In this document: one piece after another, positions 14,081-26,322 of the stretch
Position numbering within the stretch: the stretch's first letter is position 1
Layout: each line of letters opens with the position of its first letter
Source: Rhina ancylostomus
Taxonomy: Eukaryota
Direction: 5' to 3'
DNA: 64,000 nt
NCBI GenBank assembly: GCA_030265395.1
Contig: JARFYF010000001.1
Span: 115,741,730-115,805,729, forward strand
Notes under the pieces: generated by a model
The model's database searches: none
Told to the model about the DNA's origin: nothing
What the model saw: the letters and a program-made list of their open reading frames with translations, nothing else
Program-made: the position numbers and the translations under genes

Positions 14081-14581
14081 AAGCCACAAATCTTACTGGC
14101 TTTTTTGACCAGCATGATAATGCTGAGTGTTAAAAGTAGAAAAAGCTACATCTGTCTTGACTTGAGCTTAGGTGGATCCCTTCACTTGACCAAGGAGCTT
14201 CTCTATAGTTTAATTAGAATTCCTTAATGCTTCATACTACTTGCATATATTTTTGTCCAGCTTCTTAACCGTAGTTAAGAAGCTGGGCAAAAGAAATCAG
14301 ACAACTGAATAGCTGATTCATTAAAGTCAGCCAATTGGGAAAAGTTTTTTTATAAAAGTCAACCTGGCATCTAGCCTTACCAATCTGGCACCTACGGTTT
14401 AGGGTTGGTGCTGACTACACAAAAGCATTGTTGCTGGGTGCTAGCACTGCTAGCTCGTCTTGCATAACAAAAGCAGTAACAATCATTTTCTCTGTGCAAC
14501 TAAAGAAAGAAGTTCAAGTAAAAGTTCGAAAAGATTATGAAACCAGACATTTTAACATTGTGGATTTACTGACCCTTCTAG

Positions 14582-14746
14582 ATTCGTAATAAACTTAATC
14601 AAGAGCAAAATATAAAACTTCAGCATCAGAAGGAGCTGCTTAACAAACGTAACATGGAAGTGACTATGATGGACAAAAAGATTAATGAACTTCGTGAACG
14701 CTTGTGGAAGAAGAAAACTGATGCACGTCAAAAAGAAAACATCCCT
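14582..14746 (+). CDS. PPP1R13B: ASPP1 coding exon ([10 protein letters not shown]...[18 protein letters not shown])
   Basis: Acceptor ttctag, donor CCT|gtatga, 165 nt, phase 0-0. Confidence 0.9.
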
Positions 14747-15664
14747 GTATGACCCTAGTTTTTATTTTAACATTCTGGCATTCTCAACAATGCAATTTTT
14801 TCCTTGTATGAAATTGAGTGAAATGTAGTGTGCAGTGATGAAAGTACTTCAGTTTTGAAATGCTGAGAGATTTGTGACTTCATTATTCTTTACAACACTT
14901 TTTGCTATTGTTTTTCCTGAATGCTCATTTTCAAAGAAGTGAAGGTTTAACTAACTTTACTACTTTACCAGGTAAATGATAATACCATGACAGTTTGTAG
15001 TACCTTTTTATTTCTCCAAGTTACTCTGAAAGAATATTGACAATGGAGCTAGTTTTCTGTATTGCAATGGGTTGCATTTAACTAACTGATGAGTCTATTA
15101 GAAGTTACCTCCACTCACTGTGGATAGGAAACAATCAACAACCACAAACTTACTGCAAAATAACTCATTTTATCAATTCACTGTTCAGTTAGGTTGCTTA
15201 AAGCAGCCATAGTAGCACCGAGAGCCATGTGTATCTTTTTTAAAAAAAACTGCATGCCATAATAAATGGGTAAGATGTACAGTATATAGACAATATAAAG
15301 TTCATTTATGTAGAACAAGCCACAACCTGTTGGTTCCTTGCAGTTATGGCCATTCATGACTTAATGCTTCCAACTTTTACCAGTCATGTTCATTCCATTC
15401 TTTTTGGTCCAAGCCCAATGAATTTTTTTTGTTTCCAGTCCTACTAGACATCCAATGTTCTGGCTCTGCACCTTCATTTCAGCCTGCTATGGTACTACAT
15501 TGTCATCCAATGTAACCAAAGGAAGAAAAACAGTTATTCTAATTATCTGAATCATTAAAGTTGTCAATACAAGACCTAATAATAATAATGCAAATTTATT
15601 GTGATAGAACAGTTAACCTTGATATCCAACGTTGCTTGCCTAATAAATGCTTTTCCTCTACCAG

Positions 15665-15863
15665 CTAAGTCAGATTAATGGCACACAGTCATCCCAGGCC
15701 CACTCTAATACCTCGGGGCGTGTAGCTGCTGTGGGACCGTACATCCAAATATCTACTGGAACTAGACCAGAAGGTAATCAGTCATCACCTGTAGAGATGT
15801 TGAAACCTCAGACTCTGACTGTAACTAGCAATGCTGGCCATCCTATAACAAGAGGAAAATCTG
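15665..15863 (+). CDS. PPP1R13B: ASPP1 coding exon (LSQINGTQSS...SGRVAAVGPYIQ...RGKS)
   Basis: Acceptor taccag, donor G|gtaaga, 199 nt, phase 0-1; conserved RVAAVGPYIQ. Confidence 0.92.
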
Positions 15864-16349
15864 GTAAGATATGAAATAACTTAAAAATAATTATGCAAGT
15901 TTTATCGAGAGAATAGCGTGATTGAGGTGAAGCATTGAGGAGCGGCTTAACCCACATTTCAGATTGATGTGTTAAATTGAGAATTGAAATGTTGCTTTTT
16001 TTGATGTAAACATTTGTATTTCAGGATAAAATAAATTGCTTCCCAGTCAATAGGAATAAATGGTGGAATTTATGCCAAATGACTCCATTCACCTCAGTCC
16101 CTATACCCCTCCCAGGCATTATGGAATATCATAAAAATGATTTGTAGATAAGAATCATATTCCAAGGCTTCTGAATTCTGCAAAGATAGCAACTATTTAT
16201 GACAATACTATGCTTTCCACTGTCCTCTTAAAACCTGGTTTTCCATTTCTCCCTTCAAACAATGCTGAACCATCATAAAATGGTTGCTGTTAGATAAGTG
16301 CTCGTGCACGCTGGTTAATGGCTCATTACTAAAGTTAAATGGTTCATTG

Positions 16350-17190
16350 TTAAAAGATACAAAATTGGCTTCATGGAAGTTAGAGGGTTGTAGTGGAGGG
16401 TTGTTTTTCATATTAGAAGCCTGTGACCAAAGGGATTGGTTCAGAGTCAACTGTTGTTTATCCATATTAACAATTTGGAAGAAAATGTAATTGGCCTGTT
16501 TAGAAAGTTTGGGGATGGCACCAAAATTGGTGATATAGTGGACAATGAAAGTTATCCAAGACTACATCAGGATCTATATCAGCTGGGAAACTGGACCAAG
16601 TAAAGACAGATTGATTTAAACTCTGACAAGTGTGAAGTGTGGCATTTTTAGAAGTTAAACCAGGGCAGGACTTGCACAGTAAATGGCAGTGTCCTGGAGA
16701 GTGTTGTCAAATAGAGAAACCTAGGGGTACAGAGTACATAGTTCTCTGAAAATGGCAACACAGCTGGATAGGGTGGTGAAGGTGTGAGGCTTGCTTGCTG
16801 CCTTTGGTCAGGGCATCGAGTACAAGAGTTGGGACATCACGTTACAACTGTACAAGACATTGGTGAGACCAGTATTATGTGCAGTTCTGGTCACCTTGCT
16901 ATAGGAAGTATGTCATTAAGCTGGAACAGGCACAAAAGATTCATGAGGATGTTACCAGGACTTGGAGGGCTTGAGTTATAAAGAAAGGTTGGATTGGCAG
17001 GGTATTTTTTTTAATCCCTGGAGCATAGCAGGCTGAGGGGGTGACCTTATAGTGGTGTACAAAATTGAGAGGCATAGATGGTACAGTCACAGCCTTTTTC
17101 CCCAGGGAAGTCCTAAAACTAGAGGGCATAGATTTAAGGTGAGAGCAGATGAATTAGGCCAGAGGGCCTGTTTCTATGCAGCTGTATAAC
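16350..17190 (+). mobile_element. Degenerate CR1-like LINE 3' half
   Basis: aagtttggggatggcaccaaaattggt (KFxDxTKIG), tacaagacattggtgagacc, aaaactagagggcatagatttaaggtgagag. Confidence 0.75.
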
Positions 17191-19034
17191 TGACTTAATA
17201 TTGCTGCCTCTGTGGTTGGCTCTAAGATGTACTGTTGCAGAAAGTCACCCTGAACATGGTCAAATTTGCCATCTCATTCAACATCAGCTTGACTGCTTAT
17301 GCTAATATGTCCCCATATTTTTAAAGTTTAATAGTACTGTCAGATTAATCATCTTCATGAATAATAGGCATTTGTAGCTTTATATAAAGCTGAACACCAA
17401 TCAAAATAGAAGCTAATAGATGTGATGTCTGCAGTTTAGTTCTTGGTCCATCCCTTGTTGATGTTTATTCTCTTTAAATGATTGCAACTACTTTGCCAAG
17501 GAGTCTTTGTAACTTTTAAAGATGTTGCTATTAAGTTGAATGAAATTCATAAAATAAACTACAAGCAAAACTAAGAAAAATCTTAAATTGATTTAGCTGG
17601 ACCAAATGAAATATTTGACTGGGTATTTCTTGTATGCTGTTAATTTGTTATACATTTATAATGACCCAATATAATTTTAAATGGACACATTTATTTTAAC
17701 ACAAGGAGTAATCTACACCTGGAAGGGCACTATTTTAGTTGATCAATACCAATAAGGTCAACTGCAAAAAAAAAACCAGATGTCTTCAAGTTCCTTTCAA
17801 ATTAAAGCTTTGTTCATTTCACAGGTTAGGGTTTAACAATTGCAGATTGCTAGAACCCTCCAGAACTCTTCTCCCTAAAAATATGATCAATTAGTTCAGC
17901 AAATAAAAACAAAGGGTGGAGCTTGGTACCCTTATGACCTTGAACCAAAGAGGAAGTAAATGTAAATCTGAAAATATAATCCATAAGTTTTTTTCTCTCC
18001 TCCCTCTCTCCCTCCCCCCCCAACCTTCTAGCCCCAAAGGTGGACCAGTTTAACTTCAAAATATGTTGCAAAATACTGCCACTTGTTCTGTCCATGACAT
18101 CTTTTGATCCTCTGTTGACCCTTTGTAATCAGATTATTTATCCCATATCCAAATCTGAACAAATAGCAATTTCTATTGTCTAGCCCCACTCTATCCCTCA
18201 TAACNNNNNNNNNNNNNNNNNNNNNNNNNNNNNNNNNNNNNNNNNNNNNNNNNNNNNNNNNNNNNNNNNNNNNNNNNNNNNNNNNNNNNNNNNNNNNNNN
18301 NNNNNNNNNNNNNNNNNNNNNNNNNNNNNNNNNNNNNNNNNNNNNNNNNNNNNNNNNNNNNNNNNNNNNNNNNNNNNNNNNNNNNNNNNNNNNNNNNNNN
18401 NNNNNNNNNNNNNNNGAATAGCCCAGTTGGCCCCATGAGTTTGCTATTCCCTGCAATGTGATAATGGCTGATCCAGTCTTGGCCTCAACACCATTTACCT
18501 ACTCCATTCTGACTCCCTTGTTGTTCCAATGTCTTTCACTGTCCACTTTGAATACCTTCAATGACCCCACCTCCAAAGCTCTCTGGGATTAGAGTGCTCC
18601 AAACCATCATGACCCTCAAAGGGAAGAAATTTTACCTCACCACATTAAATCTGAAATTATGCCCATTGGTCTAACAGTACACACTTCAAGATGTGGTCTC
18701 AGTGCCATGTAAAGTTGTATCAAAACATTCTGTTAAATGCAATCAATAAGGGCGTAGAGTACATTTTTATACTCCATGCCCCTGCAACAAAGGTGAACTT
18801 TGCATTAGCCTTCCCATTTACTTGTACCTGCAACTTTCATAATACATCAAAATGTTGTAGGCCAAAAGTTTAGTCAAAATTATTCAAATTCTCTTTAGTC
18901 TTCCATTTGGCTTCAGCCTATCCAAAACTGCCAGCATCCAGTCAAATGAGTCTTGCTCAATAACTGAAGCAAAACACTAAATCTGAAAGAAAATAGCAGA
19001 AACATTTAGGTAAGGCATCATTTATGGCAAATCA

Positions 19035-20657
19035 AAACTGTACAGCACAGTACGGGTCCTTCAGCCCATAATGTTGTGCTGACCTATGTAAACCTTATCC
19101 ATGTTCTATATAACCCTTTCTTTCATGCACATGCCTATTTGAGACTCTTAAATGACCCTATCGTATCAGCCCCTACCACCACCAATCCCCCCCCAGCAGT
19201 GCATTCCAGGCACCTGTAACATCCCCCTGTAAACTTTCCTCCACACACCTTAAACAGGTGACCTCTAGTATTGGCCATTACTGCCCTGTGGAAAAGATGC
19301 TGGCTGTCCATGCCTCTTGTATACCTCTATCAAGTCTCCTCTCATTCTCCATCTCTCAAAAGGATAAAGCCCTAACTTGCTCAGCTTCTCCTCATAGGAT
19401 GTGTTCTCCAATCCAGGCAGCATTCTTGTAAATCTCTTCTCTTCTCTTCAAAGCCTCCACATCTTTCCTATAGTGAGGGGTCTGTGTACTAGAACCCCAA
19501 AATCTGTTCCTCCACACTAAGAATCCTACTATTAACCATGACCTGCACCTTCAAGTTAGATCATACAAAGTGTATCACTTCACTTAACTCTGTATCCTGT
19601 CAATATCTCATTGCAACCTACAAACTTCTGCACTACTACACCACTAACCTTCATGTCATCTGCAAACTTACCAATCCATCCTTCCACTTCTTCATCCAAG
19701 TCATTTATAAAAATCACAAAGAGCAGGGTCCCAGAACAGATCCCTGCNNNNNNNNNNCACCAGCCACACTCTGCATTCTGTGGGCAAGCCAGTTCTGAAT
19801 CCACTTAGCCAATTTTCCATAGATCCCATTCCTCAACCTCTGGATGAGCCTACCATGGGGAACCTCGTCAAATGCCTTGTTAAAATCCATATACACCACA
19901 CCCACCACTACCTTCATCAATCTGTCATCACTTCCTTGAAAAACTATTTGGCTCATGAGGCACAATCTGCCTTTCACAAAGCCATGTTGACTATGCCTTG
20001 TAAGATTGTCACCAGATGCTCAAATTTTGCCCCTAAGTATCCTCTCCAATAGCTTGCCCACCACTGATGCAAGACTAACTGGTCTACAATTTCCAGGATT
20101 ATCCCTTTTACCTTTCTTGAACAATGGAACAACATTTGCCATCCTCCATTACCACTCCTGTGGCCAGGGAGGACCCGAAGGTCATTGTTAATGCTCCAGC
20201 AATCTCTTCCCATAGTACCCTGGGGTATATCCTATCCGACCCCAGGGACCTATCTATCCTAATGCTTTTTAGTAGCTCCAACACTGCTTCTTCCTTAACC
20301 TCACACTCCAACACATTTGCCTGTTCTACACTAACCTCCCCTTAGTCTATGTCCCTCTCCCTGGTGAGCACTGAGACAAAGTATTCATTTAGGACCTCCC
20401 CTACCACCTTCACCTCCAGAAGGATTTTTCATTATCCCTGAGTGGTCCTAACCTCACCCTAGTCATCCTCTTGTTCCTCATGTAGAGCTCCTTAGGGTTT
20501 TCATTAACCCTACCTGCCAAGGCCTTCTCGTGCCCCCTTCTAGCTCTAAGTCCCTTCTTAAGCTTCTTCTTGGCTATCTTTTTAAACTCAAGAGCCCTGA
20601 CTGATTATTGCTTCCTAAATCTTAAATAAACTTCCTTCTTCCTCTTGACTAAACCTC
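19035..20657 (-). mobile_element. CR1-like LINE, RT and 3' end; runs into a gap
   Basis: VVYMDFNKAFDEVPHGRLI, QGSVLG, FVIFINDLDEEVEGWIGKFADDMK on the minus strand; CR1 tail near 19040. Confidence 0.88.
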
Positions 20658-20949
20658 NNNNNNNNNNNNNNNNNNNNNNNNNNNNNNNNNNNNNNNNNNN
20701 NNNNNNNNNNNNNNNNNNNNNNNNNNNNNNNNNNNNNNNNNNNNNNNNNNNNNNNNNAAATATTAAATTCTGATAACTTCAAGGCATGGCCAGTGTTGCT
20801 GAGTGCATTGTGCAGAAGGAATATTTAATTGGAGGAAAAGATTAATAATCACGTTATGGTCATCCAAATATTAGCTGCCCTAATAGAACCCTCCATGTTA
20901 TGAATTTGAAATGCAAAATAGTGTAGAAATTAAAAATGAAAAAAAAACA

Positions 20950-21350
20950 ATGAAAATGCTGGAAATAGTCAGGCAGCAATAGGGAGAGTGAAGCAAAGTG
21001 GTGTTTCAGGTCAGTGACCTTTCATCAGATTTCATGATTGAGTTCAACAATAATGTCATTTGCAATACTGCTCGACCCATCTTTTGTTTCTTGTCCTATT
21101 GACCAACTTTTGCCTGCATTGTCATTCCTTTTGGTATATAAGCACTCCTGCCTATCACCCTTTCACAGACATTTCCTTTGTACTCCTTCCTCTCCTCTCC
21201 TTTCTCTGCCCCTTGATTCACTTAAAACCCAACAACCTTTCCTTTCCTTTCTTTGTCTTCAAGAAAGGAGACAGACCTAACATGTTTATATTAATCCTAT
21301 TTTTCTCTTCACAGATGACACCTGACTTGAATACTTGGAGCATTTTTTGA
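20950..21350. mobile_element. PLE-derived short element with inverted ends and a hammerhead-like core at 21003-21028 (-)
   Basis: Begins aaaatgctggaaatagtcaggcagc and ends cacagatgacacctgacttgaatacttggagcatttt; the minus strand reads CTGATGA-A-AGGTC-ACT-GACCT-GAAAC. Confidence 0.6.
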
Positions 21351-21599
21351 CTTTTTTTAATAAAGTATCCTTTGAAATTCTTGTAGGTGTTCCTGGCATT
21401 TATGACCCCCCCCAAAAAGTAGTTCTGTAATAAAATGGGAAATAAGTCACACACCATTTAACATTACAGTCTGTTCTTTTTCCTGCAGTCCCACACTTGC
21501 TCCCGTGGATTGTTTCTTCCTTCTGAAAACTTTTGCAATTTCTTTTTTAGAAGCAATGGTTGACACCCCAACATTTTCTCTTTACTCTCCCCTGCCCAG

Positions 21600-21742
21600 G
21601 TCAGTGAAGCACGAGCACAGTACAATATTGGAAATGTTTTTCATGCCAAGGGGAAACAGCTGTCTTGGCTCTCTGCCCAGGAATCTGGAGACTTACCAAG
21701 TGAAGTGAAGGAAACTTTAGAGAAGGCCACCGAATACTATGA
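21600..21742 (+). pseudogene. GPSM1: Orphan GPSM1 (AGS3)-like TPR exon inside an ASPP1 intron (VSEARAQYNIGNVFHAKGKQLSWLSAQESGDLPSEVKETLEKATEYYE)
   Basis: Translation matches the recalled GPSM1 segment VGEARALYNIGNVYHAKGKQLSW...LPPDVRETLxKASEFYE. Intact pyrimidine tract with cag acceptor and GA|gtgagt donor, 143 nt, phase 0-2. No other GPSM exon seen in the window. Confidence 0.85.
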
Positions 21743-22103
21743 GTGAGTAACGCAGTATCTGCACATCCAGCCTGTAAATTAAGTGCTTGAAAGGAATTAG
21801 CAGTAATTGAGACTGTTGTCCAAACTGTGTCTGACTATCAATGAAGAATGTGCCATGCTTAAACAGCATTCCTCCTCACTTTGAAGATCCTTTTTGGGTT
21901 TTGTGCTTCTACCCTATTTCTGTAAAAGTATTCTAATTACATTAGCAACACGATAAATGCATTCATTTCAGACATCATTGCACATTATCTATGTATCTAC
22001 AGTTCAATGAAGTGAGCCCTAACAGTTTCTGAATCCAAGTAAATTGGGAGCAGTAAATGGTCCCAAAAGCATACCAGGATGCACTTCCCTTCAGAATCCA
22101 GCA

Positions 22104-24780
22104 CACAGTGGAATAACGTTTGCTATCTTCCGGTACCAAACCTGTGGCCAGGGAGGATGCAAAGGTCATTGTTAACGCTCCAGCAATCTCTTCACTTGCT
22201 TCCCCTAGTAACTGTGGTACATCCCGTCTGGTCCTGGGGACTTGTCTATCCTAATGCTTTTTAGTAGCTTCAACACTGCTTCTTCCTTCACCTCAACATG
22301 CTACAATTTGCCTGTTCTACACTAACCTCACATTTGTCTAAGTCCCTCTCCCTGGTGAACACTGAAGCAAAACATCCATTCAGGACCTCCCCTACCTCCT
22401 TCACCCCCAGACACATTCCCCCCCCCCACACCCTTATCCCTGAGGGGTCCCACCCTCGCCCTAGTTATCTTCTTGTTCCTCGCATAAGTGTAGAATGCCT
22501 TAGGGTTTTCCTTAACCTTATTTGCCAAGGCCTTCTTGTGTCCCCTTCTAGCTCTCGTAAGTCCCTTCTTAAGCCTCTTCCTGGCTACCTTATAATTCTC
22601 AAGGGCCCTGCCTGATTTTTGCTTCCTAAGCCTTAAATGTGCTTCATTTTTCCTCTTGACTAAACCTTCCTCCTCTCTTGTTAACCATGATTCCTTCACC
22701 CATCCATCCTTTTCTTGTCTCAGTGGGACAAACCTATCTAGAACCCCATGCAAATGGTCCCTAAACAATCTTCACACTTCTGCAGTGCCTTTACCAGAGA
22801 AGGTCTGTTCCCAATTTGCACTCCCAAGTTCCTCCCTAATATCATCATAATTTGCTGTCCCCCAATTAAGTACTTCCCCATAATGCCTGCTCCTATCCTT
22901 GGTTATGCTAAAGGTCAGGGAGTTGTGGTCACTATCCCAGAAATGCTCACCCACCGAGGCCTGAACCTGATCAGGTTCATTACCTTGTAACAGATCCAGC
23001 CTGGCCTCTCTGATCAGCCTGTCTACATATTATGTCAGGAATCCTTCATGTACACACCTAAAATTCTGTCCTATCTAAACCTTTTGCACTAAGAGTTGCC
23101 AGTCAATAATAGGAAAGTTGGAGTCACACATGACAACAACCCTGTTATTTTTGCACCTTTCTGAAATCTGCCTACTTATCTCCTCAGTGTCCCGGTGGCT
23201 ATTTGGAGGCCTATAGAATACTCCCAATAGAGTGATTGCTCCCTTCCAGTTTTTGACTTCCACCCACACTGACTCAAAATAGACAATTCTTCTATGATGT
23301 CCTCACTTCCTACAGCTGTGATACTATCCCTAATTAGCAGTGCCATTTCGCCCCCCCCCCCCCTCTACCTCCCTAGGTCTTTTGAAACATCTAAACCTCA
23401 GAACCCTTAGCAGCCATTCCAGCTCTTGCAACAGTCAAATCTCTAATGGACACAACATCATAATTCCATTAACTAATCTATCACCCATATTCTTAACACT
23501 TCTCACATTAAACACATTTCAAACCATCTAACTGTCTACATTAATACCCTATCTCCACCTATCCTCTCACATTCTCTGTACACATTGCATCTACTTCTAC
23601 ATCAACTGATCCATCAACTAATTTAACACTCTGGTTCCCATTCCCCTGTCAAACTAGTTTTAAACCCTCCTCAAGAGCGCTAGCAAACCTGCCTGCAAGG
23701 ACATTGGTCGCCCTCAAGTTCAGGTATAACCAGTCCCTGCTGTACAGATCATCTCTACCCCAGAAGAGATCCTAATGATCCACATATCTGAACCCTGACG
23801 CCTGCACCAACTTTTCAGCCAGTCATTTATCTGCCTTATCCTCCTCTTCTCTCCCTCCATGACAATGTGGTACAAGCAGCAATCCAGAGATCATTACCCT
23901 TTAGGTCCTGCTTTTTAGCTTCCTTCCTAACTCCCAATACTTGCTCTTATCTTACTTATGTAGTTGGTGCCAATGTGTACCACAACTTCCTAGCTGCTCT
24001 CCCTCCCCCTTAATACTGTGCACTCGATCAAAGATATTCCTGACCCTGGCACCTGGGAGGCAACATATCACCTGGGAGTCTCTTGTCCACAGAATCTCCT
24101 GTCTGTCCCCCAAACTAACAAATGTCCTTTCACTGTTGAACTTCTTTCCCCTACTCCATCTCCCCACCCCAGGCTGCTGTGGCTCTCTACCAGTGATTAA
24201 TTTCCTCTCCCCCACCCCAAAATTTAAAAAAAAATATCAATATATCTGTTATCAAAGGGAGAGGTCATTGGAGTATCCTGTACCAACTGCTTATTCCTTT
24301 TCCCCCTCCTAACAGTTACCCAACTACCTATATCCTGCACCCTAGATGTAACTGCCTCCTGGTAACTCCTATCTATAATCTCTTCATTTTCTTGAATACT
24401 GCAGAGTTCATCCAGCTGCAACTCCAGCTCCCTAATGCAATCTTTAAGGAACTGCAGCTGAATGCACTTCCTGCAGGTGTAGTCCTCAGGGACACTGGAG
24501 GTCTCCTGAACTTCCCACATCCTAGAGGAGGAGCATATTTCTGCCTTGACTGCCATTCCCACTGTTCTATACAAAGAAAATATCAAATAACAAAGAGTAC
24601 CCACCAGAAGAAGCCTCTGCCCACCAACTCCACCAAAGCCTCAAATCCCCACTCTAATACTGGCTGCACTATAATGGCTATTTGCTTGGCCCTTGCCTCC
24701 TTTTATTGGCAGCTGCTGCCTAATTATCCAATCAACTAATCAACAGGCTGATCAACTCACCACAGCAACAAGAACTACAA
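22104..24780 (-). mobile_element. CR1-like LINE 5' half: 5' UTR, ORF1 (Cys-rich/leucine zipper and SGNH esterase-like), APE endonuclease; 3'-truncated before the RT core
   Basis: YTCRKCIQLQFLKDCIRELELQLDEL; ICCLPGARVRNIFDRV; WVEVKNWKGAITLLGVFYRPPNS; GEHFWDSDHNSLTF; KVKENPKAFYTYARNKK. Confidence 0.9.
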
Positions 24781-26163
24781 AAATGGACTTTGGCCTGATC
24801 CTTGTAATCATAGTTATTGACCTGAAGTATTGACTCTGCTTCTCTCCACATATTGCCTGACCTGCTGGGTGTTTGTAGAGATTCCTGTTATTTGTTCCAT
24901 TTCCTTTTGCTCATCATCCCATTCTTTACTGATCTGTATTTGTTTCCAGTCCCTTAATGCTTACTGTTTAAAGTTTTTCATCTTTTCATTGCTTCATGGC
25001 CTTGTCTCTCACTATCCAGCATTATGAATCTTCATTCCCCTCTCTGTTTCAACTCCCAGAACACTATTCTTTTCCCTCCAACCTTCTCTTTGCTGCACTG
25101 TTAATGTGAATGACCGTAGCTTCATCTGCCTAGATTCTATGCTCTGGAATTACCTTTCCAACTCCTCCTGTCTAGTCGTGTTCCTCTTTTAAAGCTGCTT
25201 TGACCAGCAATTTGGGCACCCTTCCACTATATCCTTCTATGACTCTGTGTCTGCTGTTGTTATTACTTCTGCCTTTGGAAATGTCATAAAGCATTGCACA
25301 ACACTCCTTGATGGTTATATTCCTCAAAGGTTTCTTTTATTAACACTGTCAATGTATCCTGCAGTTTCATTCTTCCTCATATGCTTGCCTGGCCTTTCAT
25401 GTATGTCTATTGCTAGTCAGTTCAACTATTCATGGTTCCAAATTGTAATAATTTTGGAGAGGTTTATCCTAAGTTCTCCATGTATTTATGGATCACATTT
25501 CTGATTTTAACCTGCATGTGAAATTATCAATTATTTCTTCTAGATGCTAGATAGAAACCATGTAGTGAAGTATTTGCTAATAAATTAAGCAAAAAATAGT
25601 ATTTTGTTAGTCAGTTGATATGTTATTCATTAGGGGGCTTAATTGTGAAAGCCTTAAATTGTCAAATAAAGGCTTTTGAAACCATTTCCAAAGCAAATTA
25701 GTCAAATAATTTAGTAGGCTTAATGTTTTTCTACGCTATTAATGAAACCTATTTAGTTTGGTAATTAATGGGTGCAATGGATTTTCACTTCTGAAATTTA
25801 GAGTGGAATAAAATCAAGGCTAATGAAACCAGATCAACTCTTCTAATTGTGCTGTGCCAGACATAGCATGCTTGGTGCTAACTCAAGCTCCTGAAGTAGG
25901 AAAGGGTTCAGTTTTGTAGCACAATATCCCTTCATTGAAGGGCTCAAAACTGATATCTATATTGTAATTCTTTAGCTCTTGCCAAATATTTGTTAATCTA
26001 AAGTACTAGTTCATAATTTTATTACTTTTATATTTTGAATTTAAACTTCCTGTTTTTTTTCTCTGACCTTTACATTTTGTTGGGATTCATTATATTCTTT
26101 TATATTCTTGTACTTTTGCTTTGTGTCCTTCAATGTCTCACTTTCCTTTGACTTCTTGGACAG

Positions 26164-26322
26164 AAACAAATGGGAGTTTGAAAAAATATCCAGGCATTTG
26201 GAAAGTTTCTGATTTAGACTCCATAGTGGATCCTGTTTTATTTTCTTCTACTGACTCTCTAAAATCTCAAGATCATAATGTGATGATCCATTTGGCAGCT
26301 TCTGTTCCTGACAAACTATATT
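26164..26322 (+). CDS. PPP1R13B: Probable alternative (cassette) exon of ASPP1 (ETNGSLKKYPGIWKVSDLDSIVDPVLFSSTDSLKSQDHNVMIHLAASVPDKLY)
   Basis: Long pyrimidine-rich tract then cag acceptor, donor T|gtgagt, 159 nt (3n), open in phase 1-1, matching the phase-1 host intron; two TGCATG motifs downstream. Confidence 0.7.

Noticed and set aside
18176-18456. ORFs made largely of X here and at other gaps (7986, 38866-39602, 49152-49579, 60792-61053)
   Set aside because: Artefacts of translating N runs.
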